This document shows, piece after piece, positions 1-10,447 of a stretch of DNA of 64,000 bases. A model generated the notes under the pieces. The model was given only the letters and a program-made list of their open reading frames with translations, did not search any database and was not told where the DNA came from. Origin of the DNA: Gemmatales bacterium. GTDB taxonomy: Bacteria; Planctomycetota; Planctomycetia; Gemmatales; HRBIN36. Position 1 is the stretch's first letter, and each line of letters opens with the position of its first letter. The stretch lies in the NCBI GenBank assembly GCA_041640595.1, contig JBEPZY010000007.1:178346-242345 (forward strand), read 5' to 3'. Both the position numbers and the translations under genes were made by a program.

Positions 1-254
1 TGGGGATCGTACGTAGTCGCTCTCCCGATCGCTACGAACTGCACACATTCACTATTGACCGGCGTCTTCCCAAGATTCGCCTGCCACTATTGCCTGACGA
101 TAACGATTTGATGGTGGACTTGCAGGAGATTTTCGATCGCACCTATGATCGCCTGGATTTTCACCTGGACTATGGCAAGCCACCTCCCGTACTCGTGCCG
201 GAAAGTACCGCCCGCTGGATTGACCAGATACTTCGCGAGTACCGCACTGACTGA
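1..254 (+). CDS. DUF4058-family protein, C-terminal part (5' end outside window)
   Basis: Frame from nt 3 reads GIVRSRSPDRYELHTFTIDRRLPKIRLPLLPDDNDLMVDLQEIFDRTYDRLDFHLDYGKPPP...EYRTD*, stop at 252-254. The 'LP.I.LPL.P.D....DLQ..FD..YD' pattern is typical of DUF4058. Confidence 0.7.
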   Translation, partial: GIVRSRSPDRYELHTFTIDRRLPKIRLPLLPDDNDLMVDLQEIFDRTYDRLDFHLDYGKPPPVLVPESTARWIDQILREYRTD

Positions 255-302
255 TGCGTGCGGAATAGCATGCCCGTCGAGTTTCCGTAAGAAGGTCGGT
301 CT

Positions 303-854
303 ATGGCCCAGCCTCGCGTTCATCCGCCGGTTGTGCTTATCGTCGCTGCATTCAGTCGCTATCCTGATGCACTGCAATGGGCAACAGAACAATTACAAGA
401 GAAATTCGGCCCCATTCTGGCGGTTTCTGATCCTTTCGACTTTGACCATACCGATTATTACACGGCCACTATGGGAAAAAACCTCCGCAAGCAACTGCTG
501 GCCTTTGAAAATCTCATCCTGCCCGAAAGCCTGCCCGAGATCAAACTGCTCACCAACGACCTGGAAAACACCCTGGCGCAATCTGGCCGCTATCCGGAAC
601 CACGTCCTGTCAATCTTGACCCTGGCTATCTCGACGCCGGTAAGTTCATTTTGGCTACCACCAAAGACCATGCCCACCGCATCTACCTTCGCCAGGGTAT
701 TTTTGCCGAGGTTACTCTTTACTACGAGGGAAAACAATTTCGCCCCTGGCCGTGGACTTATCGCGATTACCGCCAACCCTTAGTTTTGGATTTTCTGGAA
801 CAGGTGCGCACCTGGTATCGCCGACGGCTGCACGAATCTGCGGCAAATAGTTAG
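303..854 (+). CDS. DUF4416-family protein
   Basis: 183 aa with FDHTDYY, RPVNLDPGYL, LATTKDHAHRIYL and PWPWTYRDY motifs. Confidence 0.85.
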   Translation: MAQPRVHPPVVLIVAAFSRYPDALQWATEQLQEKFGPILAVSDPFDFDHTDYYTATMGKNLRKQLLAFENLILPESLPEIKLLTNDLENTLAQSGRYPEPRPVNLDPGYLDAGKFILATTKDHAHRIYLRQGIFAEVTLYYEGKQFRPWPWTYRDYRQPLVLDFLEQVRTWYRRRLHESAANS

Positions 855-1096
855 CCCTGCAAATCCAGCCATTGCTGGAGCGATTGAATTTCCGGATGCC
901 CGGCTAATCCATCCGGATGGTTTTCCTCCAGAGTCGGTGCAGCCAGAACAGGGTTGTGTTGCTGGTCGTCGTCGCCATCTTCCAGGGCCGGAGGAATTTC
1001 GACCACCACACGCTTACCAAAATAGGCCGGCATAGTTTCGTCCCCTGGATCGGTATGCCAACTAATGAGAATTGCACCACCATCCGACCCTTGCAT
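851..1096 (-). CDS. possible small acidic hypothetical protein
   Basis: 81-aa ORF filling the gap and converging on DUF4416 with a 4-nt overlap; no recognisable motif. Confidence 0.25.
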   Translation of the reverse strand: MQGSDGGAILISWHTDPGDETMPAYFGKRVVVEIPPALEDGDDDQQHNPVLAAPTLEENHPDGLAGHPEIQSLQQWLDLQG

Positions 1097-1272
1097 GGCC
1101 GGCTGGGGTTATCCATTTTGGTACCGGGAGCTACGCGACTATGCCCGGTTCCCATACTATTCTAAAACACAAACCCCTAATATACCGTGGCCGGGCCAGC
1201 CAATTTTGCTTCCTTGCTCGACCTTGCACCGGTATAAACGGACTGGGGCGGAAATTCAGTCGGGAGACCATC

Positions 1273-1683
1273 ATGCCCGAGTGGCTTTTCAAAGAGGAAC
1301 CGACTCATTATTCTTTTGACGACCTTGTACGCGAAGGTCGGACTACCTGGCATGGCGTAACTAATGCCCTGGCCCTCAAATATCTCTCTCAGGTTCACCG
1401 CGGCGACCTAATTTTTTATTACCACACCGGCAGCGAAAAGGCTGTTGTGGGCATTATGCGGGCTGTCACCGACGCATATCTGCCAGGGAAGGAAACGAAA
1501 CTCTACGTTGTAGATGTAGAGCCAGTCGAAAAACTGCCACGCCCGGTCTCGCTGGCGGAAATCAAGGCGCAGCCCCAGTGCACTGACTGGGAGCTTGTAC
1601 GCTTGCCCAGATTGTCCGTTATGCCGGTGCCCAGAGCCATTTGGAATCTAATATTGAAACTGGCAAGAAAACGCTGTCAATAG
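1273..1683 (+). CDS. EVE domain protein
   Basis: WLFKEEP..YSFDDL...W.GV.N..A...L...GD..F.YH.G and C-terminal LVRLPRLSVMPV; ATG at 1273 preceded by GGGAG. Confidence 0.9.
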   Translation: MPEWLFKEEPTHYSFDDLVREGRTTWHGVTNALALKYLSQVHRGDLIFYYHTGSEKAVVGIMRAVTDAYLPGKETKLYVVDVEPVEKLPRPVSLAEIKAQPQCTDWELVRLPRLSVMPVPRAIWNLILKLARKRCQ

Positions 1684-1731
1684 CGAATTTCCCTGCCGAC
1701 ATTGTTTCTGTTCTTATTACGGGATGCCTGA

Positions 1732-2433
1732 ATGACAGCAGCCGATCGACAGCCTGGCCTTGTGGTACGCGAACTTACCAAAAACTATATAATGCCCGGA
1801 GGAGTGTTGGAGGTTCTCAAAGGTATAGACCTTGATGTCTTTCCTGGTGAAGCCGTCGTTATCATGGGGCCTAGCGGGTCCGGCAAAAGTACGCTGCTCT
1901 ATATACTCGGAACCCTGGACTGGCCAACCAGCGGTACGGTATTGCTGCAGGGCGAAAATCCTTTTTTGCGTCCTCCGCCTGAATTGGCTCGCTTTCGCAA
2001 TGAACGGATCGGGTTTGTATTTCAAGAACATTATCTAATGCCGCAATGCACGGTTTGGGAGAATGTCTTAGTTCCCAGTCTGGTCAACGAACGACAACGA
2101 TCTGCAGCACCGCAGCGCGCACGCGAGCTCCTTGAACAGGTCGGACTAAGTCACCGATTGCATCATTCACCAGCGGAATTATCGGGAGGAGAACGGCAGC
2201 GCGTCGCTATAGCCCGCGCTCTAATAAACAACCCACTCCTCGTGCTTGCTGATGAACCGACGGGCAACCTTGACCGCCATTCCGCACAGATAGTTACTTC
2301 CTTGCTGCTGGAAATAGCCCAACTGCACCGCGTTATACTTATCGTGGTCACTCACAGTATAGAAGTGGCGCGTCGGTTCCCACGTCGCTACGAATTACTT
2401 GATGGCCGATTGTCTCCCCTGACAATTAGCTAG
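1732..2433 (+). CDS. ABC transporter ATP-binding protein (LolD/MacB-like)
   Basis: Walker [10 protein letters not shown], signature [15 protein letters not shown], Walker [11 protein letters not shown]. Confidence 0.95.
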   Translation: MTAADRQPGLVVRELTKNYIMPGGVLEVLKGIDLDVFPGEAVVIMGPSGSGKSTLLYILGTLDWPTSGTVLLQGENPFLRPPPELARFRNERIGFVFQEHYLMPQCTVWENVLVPSLVNERQRSAAPQRARELLEQVGLSHRLHHSPAELSGGERQRVAIARALINNPLLVLADEPTGNLDRHSAQIVTSLLLEIAQLHRVILIVVTHSIEVARRFPRRYELLDGRLSPLTIS

Positions 2434-2442
2434 ACACCGAGC

Positions 2443-5400
2443 TTGATGACCCACGAAATCGCTCCTGTGAGGATGACGCTGCTAACTCTCTGGTGGAGAA
2501 ATCTTCGCTTCCATGCCCGAGCCCATCTGGTTATCTTTCTCGGCAGCATGATTACTTGTGCTACGCTCACCGGAGCCCTGTTAGTGGGTGCGTCATTACA
2601 GGAAAGTTTGCTACGCCTCAACCAGCAACGCCTGGGCCTGATTCAGCAAGCGATTGTGAGCAGCCAATTCTTCGAATCAGCATTGGCAGAACGGCTGGCC
2701 CAGCAGGAAATCATTCGGTCTCATGGAGTTTGCGTCGTACCCGTCTTGCAATTAGCCGGGACGGTTATTGTTCGGCACGCAGATGGGCGGCTAGCTAGTT
2801 ATGTCAGGCAGGTACAGGTGCTCGGGGTTCCAGATGAATTCTGGCGTCTGTTCGGAACCCAAGTCCCTGACTTGACCGCGGCTATAGCAGTAAATGACGT
2901 GCTTGCAAATCGGCTCAACATAACACCGGGAGCACTCTTGGAATTGCGATTGCAGCGACCCAGTACGATCCCGGCCGAAACATTAGTGGGCCGTGCAACC
3001 GACGAATCGGGCAGCGCCTGGCAATCCACGGTCAATATACAGAGTCGGCCGGTCAATTATATCGTCTCCCCTCGTGAGGGTGGGCGATTTACTCTCTATC
3101 CACAAGCACACGCTCCACTAACTGTGTACCTGCCACTTACCGACTTGCAACGCCGATTGCGCGAACCGCTCAATCTGCAAAGTCCGGCTAATGTACTGCT
3201 GATAGGCAATTCTAATATGGGGCGACCAGTCTCTCTTTCCGATGTGGCACGTGCTTTACGCCAGGCTTTACGACTGGAAGATTATGGATTGCGTTTGCGA
3301 CTTGCTGCCGGGCCTGCAAGATATGTAGCTGTGGAGTCGAACCGCTTGCTACTGGAAGACCGCGTGGCACAGGCCGCAATCGAGGCTGCTGAGAAGCTCG
3401 GCTATACTGCCAGACCGACATTGACGTATCTGGTAAATCTAACCTGGTGCCCGGAGGAGTGGTTTCCAGGATTATGCTTCGCTATAGGAAGCCAGTGTAT
3501 AGGTGACAATGTTATACAACGGGTGCTGGCCTGGCACTGGTGTTATCATTATGTGCCATATATGACGGTAACGGTATTAGACCCCAGCGAAGATGAGCCA
3601 TGGGGCCCTTTTTTGTGCCTCGATGGCAGCCGCTGGACGCGCAAACTTCGCCCAGGAGAAATCTTGCTCACGGAACCGGTTGCTTATGATCTATTGCCAT
3701 TTAGCTGGGGTGTTGCTAGGGGCGACGTTCCAGGCGACGAGCGGGTTATTCGAGTTCGCTATTTCCTCGAATCTGGAGGTTGGCTGCTCAAGGAACGAGA
3801 AGCGTCTTTGAAACTGGCTGGCATACTTGCCTGGAAAGGAGCGACCGTTGATCCGGTGTTAACTCCCGAATTTCCCGGGTTACGTGGGAGCAGCCCCAGG
3901 GATTGGAAGCCTCCGTTTCCCCGCACGCAGTGGCATCCGGAATGGATCCGCGGTGCCGACGACCGGCACTGGCAAAAACACAGGGCAGCGCCAAGAGCGT
4001 TTGTATCTGCCGAGACTGCCGAAAAGTTGGGTTGGTTTAGCCGACACGGTAAATGGACCTCTGTGCGAATAGCGTCGGCCGATCCGCGTATTTCCCTCGA
4101 CGAATTGATGAAAAACGTGGAACGCACATTGTTAGAAGCGTTATCACCGGAGCAATACGGATTTACATTACTGGCATCCCGGAGCGAAGCGGAAGCTGCT
4201 ACCCAGCAAGGACCAGCAAGCATGTTTGGAATGATCTTTCTAAGCTTCAGTGCGGTTCTATCGGTTTCTGCTCTCATCTTGATTGTTTTATTAGTGCGGC
4301 TACATTTGCTGGAGCGATCTAAGGAGTTTGGGCTATTAGCCGCCTTGGGCTTTCGTCCAAGCGTAATACGGCTCATGCTAATACTGGAATTAGCGCCCGC
4401 TATCATCCTAGGTTGTTTGGCAGCCACGCCGCTATCCGTGGGTTACGCAGCGATGTTGTTACAATGGATTAGGTGGCGCTGGCCTGGCGAGGCCCTGCCT
4501 GAGGTTTTCCAATCGTACTTTGCTACCGACTGGCATGCCTGGAGTATCTTGATAAACCGCGCCATGTTACCTGGTGTGGTCATAAGTGGCCTGGCGGGTA
4601 TCGTTGCAGCGCTCCTGGCGATTAGAGAAATTAGACAGTGGTCGCCACGTGCTCTTTTGACAGGGCAGGTTTCGGAAGAAGTGGCAAGGTCGTACTCAGC
4701 TTTCCGACCGTGGTTAGATTACACTGTTGGCGGTGGTTTTCTCATAACTGCTCTGGCGTGTATGCTGGCAGGATTTCTCCGTGAGACTTATGAGGCACCC
4801 ATCTGGTTTTTCGCTGGTGGTGGAGCCCTCTTATTGTTTGGATTGTTGCTGCTCAAGTCTGGGCTTCGACGGCTAGGCCCCGACTTAGTTAATCGGCCCA
4901 ACTGGGTATGGTTGGGCTTACGGTTTGTTTCGCGACAACCTCGGCGAAATATGCTTACCGCTGCCCTGCTGGCGGTTGCCGTTTTCCTGATTAGTGCCGT
5001 GCAGGCCTTTTATAAGATGCCGCCGACGGATCCTTACATGGTGTCCTCTGGGACAGGGGGTTTTGCATTACTCGCGGAAAGCGATATACCTTTGCCATTT
5101 GTTCCGGAAACTGAGTCGGATTGGCAAGCACTGCTGCCGGACTGGGCACCTGAACAAATCAAGCAGCTTCTCAGAACTTTGGAAACTTGGGATGTGCGGA
5201 TTTATGGTTGCCGGGTACAGCCTGGGGAGGATGTTAGTTGTCTCAATCTTTACCGACCGCATCGTCCACGTATTCTTGGTTTACCGGACTCACTAATTCG
5301 ACGCGACGGTTTCTGGCTAAGCGACATACTTATCTCGAATCCCGACGAGCGGAAGAATCCGTGGCTTGCTTTGTATAAAGAGGAAATTTGCACACCAGCA

Positions 5401-6114
5401 TTTGCGGATGCACAAACCGCTGAATGGGTGCTTCACGCCAGGGTGGGAGACGTTTTAACATACCCTGTGGGAGCAGGTGAACCGGTGAATCTTCGGCTGG
5501 TCGGCTTGCTGCGCGACAGTATTTTTCAGGGTGTGCTGCTGGTTAGTGAAAGGCAGTTCACGCGGCTTTTTCCAGGCCGATATGGTTATAGTTTCTTTCT
5601 CATCGAAACCAGGCAGGATGTTCCGGTACAGCTTGTCCGCGAATGTCTCGAATCTGCCTTAGGAGAACGCTATGGTTTTGGCGTTAGGCCTGCACTTGAT
5701 GTGCTGGCTGAATTTGCCGGCATCGAAAATCTATATCTGCTAAGTTTCCAGTTGTTAGGCGGTATAGGACTAATGTTAGGGGCCTGTGGACTTGGAGTGG
5801 TGTTGTTGCGCAACGTCTGGGAAAGAAGCGGCGAACTGGCACTATTACAGGCGCTGGGCTATCCGAGGCGGGTGCTCGCAATCTTACTGCTTATCGAAAA
5901 CGGAACCGTGACCCTGATGGGCGTGGGGATCGGTCTAATGGCGGCGTTGCTGGGCCTGGTTCCTCATTTGTCGTCAGGTGTTGACGTATTAGCATTCGTT
6001 ATGCGGCTGGCGATCTTGATGGTAACCGTGTTGGCAACCGGCATTGTATCGGGCATACTAGCAGTTCGTAAGGCGCTACGACTACCTATTTTGGCTATCT
6101 TGCGTCGCGAGTAA
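2443..6114 (+). CDS. large FtsX/MacB-type ABC permease
   Basis: 1223 aa with two 'ER..E...L.ALG' FtsX permease modules, TM clusters and large periplasmic loops; follows the ATPase gene. Confidence 0.85.
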   Translation: MMTHEIAPVRMTLLTLWWRNLRFHARAHLVIFLGSMITCATLTGALLVGASLQESLLRLNQQRLGLIQQAIVSSQFFESALAERLAQQEIIRSHGVCVVPVLQLAGTVIVRHADGRLASYVRQVQVLGVPDEFWRLFGTQVPDLTAAIAVNDVLANRLNITPGALLELRLQRPSTIPAETLVGRATDESGSAWQSTVNIQSRPVNYIVSPREGGRFTLYPQAHAPLTVYLPLTDLQRRLREPLNLQSPANVLLIGNSNMGRPVSLSDVARALRQALRLEDYGLRLRLAAGPARYVAVESNRLLLEDRVAQAAIEAAEKLGYTARPTLTYLVNLTWCPEEWFPGLCFAIGSQCIGDNVIQRVLAWHWCYHYVPYMTVTVLDPSEDEPWGPFLCLDGSRWTRKLRPGEILLTEPVAYDLLPFSWGVARGDVPGDERVIRVRYFLESGGWLLKEREASLKLAGILAWKGATVDPVLTPEFPGLRGSSPRDWKPPFPRTQWHPEWIRGADDRHWQKHRAAPRAFVSAETAEKLGWFSRHGKWTSVRIASADPRISLDELMKNVERTLLEALSPEQYGFTLLASRSEAEAATQQGPASMFGMIFLSFSAVLSVSALILIVLLVRLHLLERSKEFGLLAALGFRPSVIRLMLILELAPAIILGCLAATPLSVGYAAMLLQWIRWRWPGEALPEVFQSYFATDWHAWSILINRAMLPGVVISGLAGIVAALLAIREIRQWSPRALLTGQVSEEVARSYSAFRPWLDYTVGGGFLITALACMLAGFLRETYEAPIWFFAGGGALLLFGLLLLKSGLRRLGPDLVNRPNWVWLGLRFVSRQPRRNMLTAALLAVAVFLISAVQAFYKMPPTDPYMVSSGTGGFALLAESDIPLPFVPETESDWQALLPDWAPEQIKQLLRTLETWDVRIYGCRVQPGEDVSCLNLYRPHRPRILGLPDSLIRRDGFWLSDILISNPDERKNPWLALYKEEICTPAFADAQTAEWVLHARVGDVLTYPVGAGEPVNLRLVGLLRDSIFQGVLLVSERQFTRLFPGRYGYSFFLIETRQDVPVQLVRECLESALGERYGFGVRPALDVLAEFAGIENLYLLSFQLLGGIGLMLGACGLGVVLLRNVWERSGELALLQALGYPRRVLAILLLIENGTVTLMGVGIGLMAALLGLVPHLSSGVDVLAFVMRLAILMVTVLATGIVSGILAVRKALRLPILAILRRE

Positions 6115-6215
6115 CCTAAGTTGGATGGTTCGGAATAGCTTAGCCCGTGCGCCTTTGTCAAGAAAATGAAAAATCTGGCTGGGAGGAACGCATAAGTTAG
6201 GTGGCTCTAAATAGC

Positions 6216-7496
6216 TTAGTCCATGTTTCTGGCCGAAGGCGGAGGTTCCCAGCGGAGCGACCAGCAGATGACCAGAACACTAATCATGGATATGGCAACT
6301 GATAAACCCAGAGGCAAAGCAATCGCCCCCAGAGCCAGCCATTTGCCGAGCCAGGGCATGAGCAGTCCACGCAGGCCGTTCAGGATGAAATGAATCCCGT
6401 TATAGGTCGGGATATCATCGGGCGCGGGTGCGAACTGTACTGAAGCCAAAGCCCAGGTTACTTGACCGCCACCTTCTGAGACACCGCGCAGGATACTGCC
6501 TAGGTACATCAATGCCGGCACCAGCCAGATGAGACCGCCCAGGTAACAGGCCAGATAGGCGGTCATCACGATGGCGATGATCAGGCGGGTTCGGACGATG
6601 CCGATGCGATCCAGTATCCAGCCCCATAGCGGAGAGGTGAGGGCAAGCACAAGCTGCGGCACGACCGTCATCCAGAGAGTGATTGCTCCGGTGTCCCAGC
6701 CCAGTCGGTCATGGGCCAAAACGATGCTGACTCCCCAGCTGATAAAGAAAGCGGAACCGGACAGGAAGAACGCTACCTCGAAATAACGGAAGCGGCGATC
6801 CTGGAGCATGACCCTGCGTGCGCGGTTCCACGCCGAGCGCCACGATGCCTGTTGAGAACGGGGCGAGCGATACCGTAAACGCAATTGCGAGTAAAACACG
6901 CAACCGACCAGGCCGGATAGGCCCGCCAATGGATAGAGCCACTGGTAACTGCGTGGGTCGTAGTCGGACACCTGTCCAGCAAGCAAGGCGGCAATTACCA
7001 TGCCCAGGTAGTTCCAAAAAATGAGCAGACCAAGGACGCGCCCGAAGAGACTGCGGGGATAGGTGCAGTGGTAAGTGCTGGACTGTCCCATACGCATGCC
7101 GGAATGGAAGAGCTGTGCGATAGCGATGATGGCGGTAAAAATAGCCCCGTTGTCCACCCAGTAGAGCGCGAAGAGCGGCAAGTTGGCTAATAGTGCAGTC
7201 TGCAGTACCAGCTGGTGCATGCCGACACGCCGACCCCAGGCAGCCCACAACGGACCCAGGAACGCACCACAGGGGAAGGCACAGGTGATTACGGTGACGT
7301 AAGCCATCCGCGTCGGCAGGTCTGCGTCGAAACAGGTGGTGGCGATGGCAGGGGCGGCGAAAAGGATCATGCCCATGAAAAAGCCGTTGAAGATCGAAAA
7401 GAGGCTTTCCATGAGCAGGTTATGGCGAAGTAATCGGTCGGGGAAGTCAAGGGCCAGGCTCTCGTCTGGCGTAGCAGCGTGTGTGACGGTACTCAT
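6216..7496 (-). CDS. MFS transporter
   Basis: About 12 hydrophobic segments and an MFS-like WGWILDRIG loop; start chosen at ATG 7496. Confidence 0.8.
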   Translation of the reverse strand: MSTVTHAATPDESLALDFPDRLLRHNLLMESLFSIFNGFFMGMILFAAPAIATTCFDADLPTRMAYVTVITCAFPCGAFLGPLWAAWGRRVGMHQLVLQTALLANLPLFALYWVDNGAIFTAIIAIAQLFHSGMRMGQSSTYHCTYPRSLFGRVLGLLIFWNYLGMVIAALLAGQVSDYDPRSYQWLYPLAGLSGLVGCVFYSQLRLRYRSPRSQQASWRSAWNRARRVMLQDRRFRYFEVAFFLSGSAFFISWGVSIVLAHDRLGWDTGAITLWMTVVPQLVLALTSPLWGWILDRIGIVRTRLIIAIVMTAYLACYLGGLIWLVPALMYLGSILRGVSEGGGQVTWALASVQFAPAPDDIPTYNGIHFILNGLRGLLMPWLGKWLALGAIALPLGLSVAISMISVLVICWSLRWEPPPSARNMD

Positions 7497-7634
7497 GGTT
7501 GAGCGGGAGTGCTGAAAAGGGAACATTCGTCGGCAGGCATCCGCTTTACTATACCATCAGTGAGGCAGATTGTCCCGAAGGAATCGGTACGGGGACTGGC
7601 AAGTATTAGCAAAACTTTAGCGACGACAAGGGAA

Positions 7635-8099
7635 ATGGCGATGAAACTGACAAGCCCGGCTTTTGCAAATGGAGCGGTTATTCCGAAGGAATACACGGCT
7701 GACGGTCGGGATATTTCGCCCCCTTTAAGCTGGTCGGAGGTCCCTGCGGGGACGAAAACGTTTGCCCTGTTGTGCGAGGACCCTGATGCTCCACGTGGTT
7801 TGTGGGTGCACTGGGTTATTTTCAACATACCGGCCAGCACGCAGTCGCTACCTCCAGGTGTCCCACCGCACGACACTTTGCCGGACGGCTCACGGCAGGG
7901 CCGCAACGATTTTGGGCGGATCGGTTATGGCGGGCCTTCACCGCCGCGTGGCAAACCGCACCGGTATTTTTTCCGGCTGTACGCTCTGGATACGGCTGTC
8001 GGCTTGCCACCCGGTGCCACCCGCGATATGCTGTTGAAAGCCATGCACGGACACATCCTTGACCAAGCCGAGTTAATGGGCACCTACGGCCGACCGTGA
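7635..8099 (+). CDS. YbhB/YbcL family (PEBP, Raf-kinase-inhibitor-like) protein
   Basis: SPPLSW, EDPDAP, WVHWV, GYGGPSPP and HRYFFRLYALD motifs. Confidence 0.92.
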   Translation: MAMKLTSPAFANGAVIPKEYTADGRDISPPLSWSEVPAGTKTFALLCEDPDAPRGLWVHWVIFNIPASTQSLPPGVPPHDTLPDGSRQGRNDFGRIGYGGPSPPRGKPHRYFFRLYALDTAVGLPPGATRDMLLKAMHGHILDQAELMGTYGRP

Positions 8100-8590
8100 A
8101 CGGACTTGCGAGAATGAAGCGACTCTGGGAAGGACTCAGTGCGGGACTTGGTCTATCGGTTTTTGGAGTGGCGTTATCGTGCCTCGTGGGTGTGGTGCTC
8201 GGTGCTGGTTCGTTTACCGCGTATTTTGCGGAGGTTACTTCGTACTTGCGGGATGATCCCAGGGCTTGCGTGAATTGCCACGTCATGCGTGAGCATTACG
8301 ATGCCTGGCAGAAGTCGGGGCATCATACCGCAGCAGTGTGTAACGATTGCCATCTCCCTCACAATATTGTGGGCAGGTGGCAGGCAAAAATTCGCAATGG
8401 GCTATTTCACTCGACCGCCTTCACGCTGCAAAATTTTCATGAGCCCATCCGGATTCATGGCTGGAACGAACGCATCGTGCAAAGCAATTGTGTTGAGTGT
8501 CATCGCGAGTTTGTAAGCCATGTGGTTGCCAACAGCCAGCTTGACTGTGTTCACTGCCACAGAGGAGTAGGGCATTCGCTGAATAAATAG
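8096..8590 (+). CDS. nrfH: cytochrome c nitrite reductase small subunit (tetrahaem, NapC/NirT family)
   Basis: N-terminal TM helix; SYLRDDPRACVNCHVM; four haem motifs (CVNCH, CNDCH, CVECH, CVHCH); directly upstream of nrfA. Confidence 0.93.
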   Translation: MNGLARMKRLWEGLSAGLGLSVFGVALSCLVGVVLGAGSFTAYFAEVTSYLRDDPRACVNCHVMREHYDAWQKSGHHTAAVCNDCHLPHNIVGRWQAKIRNGLFHSTAFTLQNFHEPIRIHGWNERIVQSNCVECHREFVSHVVANSQLDCVHCHRGVGHSLNK

Positions 8591-8671
8591 CCGCCAAAGC
8601 AGGCTTGAGTAACCTGTCGGATTCCACGAAAGGAATTGCTCCTATCAGCCGGCAGGCAGGAGGTCACTACC

Positions 8672-10141
8672 GTGTCGGAACAGGGACAGCAAGCGAGACG
8701 GGGATGGAGATGGTTGACTTATGGCTTGACCGTCGTACTGACGGCATGTGCGACTTTCGCTATTTTTTGGCTGTATCAGAACATAGCCGAGCGCAAATGG
8801 GAGGCGCGGGAGACCGTATTTCGCGTCGTGGAAATCACCGAGGATACGATTGACCCGTCGGTTTGGGGTAAGAACTTCCCTCGCCAGTACGACACCTACC
8901 GCCGAACCGTTGATATCGAACGGACGAAGCACGGCGGTTCGGAAGCATACCAGAAACTCGAAAAAGACCCACGCCTGAAGACGCTGTTTCTCGGTTATCC
9001 TTTCGGCGTGGATCACCGGGAAGAACGCGGCCACGCCTACATGCTCAGCGACCAGGACATGTCCGAACGGGTGAAACGATTTCCCCAACCGGGGGCATGT
9101 TTGCATTGCCATTCGGCCAGTCTGGGGGCATTTCGTCAGGCTGGCCTCAAAGCCGGTGTTCCAGCGGATGAATCCCATCGCTGGGAATCCATCATGAAAG
9201 GGTTCGAGGAAGTTTGCGCCATGCCCTATCAGGAAGCTCGCAAGCTGGTGGAACATCCGGTAAGTTGCGTGGATTGCCACGATCCGCGAACGATGGGATT
9301 ACGAGTCACCCGGCCCGGATTTGTCAAGGGAATCCAGGCGCTGGCGCGTTCGGAAGATCCGGTGCCCCATTTACCCAGTATCGAGCGATGGCGCCGCGGT
9401 AACCGCAAGAAAGAATACGACCCCAATGTAGAAGCGTCGCGGCAGGAAATGCGCACGTTTGTTTGTGCCCAATGCCATGTGGAGTACTATTTTGCTCCGC
9501 CGAGAAAACTCTTGACCTATCCCTGGCACCGCGGGTTGAAGGTGGAACAAATCGAGGCCTACTATGATGACGTCCAGTGGAAGGACTGGACGCATCCGGA
9601 AACGCAGGCGGATTTACTCAAAGCCCAGCATCCGGAGTTTGAGCTTTGGTCGCAGGGAACCCACGCTCGGGCTGGTGTAGCCTGTGCCGATTGTCACATG
9701 CCCTATCGTCGCGATGGTGCGGTAAAAATCAGCGACCATCATGTTCGCAGTCCTTTGTTGAACATTGCCCGCTCCTGTCAGGTCTGCCATCCGGTGCCGG
9801 AAAGCGAATTGCTGGCTCGCGCTACGCTCATCCAGGATCGCACAGCCGCGCTGATTGACCGAACCGAAAATGTGGTGATGGAATTGATTGACACCATCCG
9901 CAACGTGCGGGCCAGCGGTGTGGCGGACAGCGCCCTGACGGAAGCCCGTCGTCGGCATCGCCAGGCGCAGTGGAGACTGGATTTCGTGATGGCGGAAAAC
10001 TCAACGGGATTTCATGCTCCTCAGGAAGCTGCTCGTATCCTCGCGGAGGCTATCGATCTGGCTCGGCAGGGACAAATCCTGGCAATTCAAGCCCGGCAAC
10101 AACAACAACTCAAAACGGGTAACGCTTCGCCAGAAAAGTAA
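8672..10141 (+). CDS. nrfA: ammonia-forming pentahaem cytochrome c552 nitrite reductase
   Basis: WGKNFPRQY, ERGHAY, five haem motifs (CLHCH, CVDCH, CAQCHVEYYF, CADCHMPY, CQVCH), diagnostic KAQHPEFE, AENSTGFHAP; GTG start after AGGAGG. Confidence 0.93.
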   Translation: MSEQGQQARRGWRWLTYGLTVVLTACATFAIFWLYQNIAERKWEARETVFRVVEITEDTIDPSVWGKNFPRQYDTYRRTVDIERTKHGGSEAYQKLEKDPRLKTLFLGYPFGVDHREERGHAYMLSDQDMSERVKRFPQPGACLHCHSASLGAFRQAGLKAGVPADESHRWESIMKGFEEVCAMPYQEARKLVEHPVSCVDCHDPRTMGLRVTRPGFVKGIQALARSEDPVPHLPSIERWRRGNRKKEYDPNVEASRQEMRTFVCAQCHVEYYFAPPRKLLTYPWHRGLKVEQIEAYYDDVQWKDWTHPETQADLLKAQHPEFELWSQGTHARAGVACADCHMPYRRDGAVKISDHHVRSPLLNIARSCQVCHPVPESELLARATLIQDRTAALIDRTENVVMELIDTIRNVRASGVADSALTEARRRHRQAQWRLDFVMAENSTGFHAPQEAARILAEAIDLARQGQILAIQARQQQQLKTGNASPEK

Positions 10142-10447
10142 CCCGAGCAACACGCCAGCACTTGTCAGCAGGTCTTGCTTTTCGCAATTTTCCCCGGGGC
10201 GACTGGAAAAAGGCACGGCTCGGGTATGAAGCCGGGGTGCTGGCTGCCTTTGAGCGATGCAGTTGTAAGCTTCCCAGGCACCAGCGGTAGTTGCAGCCAG
10301 CGCGGCACCTTTGGAGCGATGGCGGTAAGAACGCGGAAGCTGTCAGCGGAGCTGTCCCTTTGCTAGCCTTTTTGTGGCAGCCAAGGCCGGGAAGCTGGGA
10401 ATCAATGCTCCGGGCTTTGGGTTTAGTTCGGTCAACGGGCAGTGCTG

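Noticed and set aside
145..783. 212-aa + strand ORF
   Set aside because: Overlaps the DUF4058 and DUF4416 genes in another frame; no motifs
8645..9280. 211-aa antisense ORF within nrfA
   Set aside because: Antisense shadow of a well-supported gene
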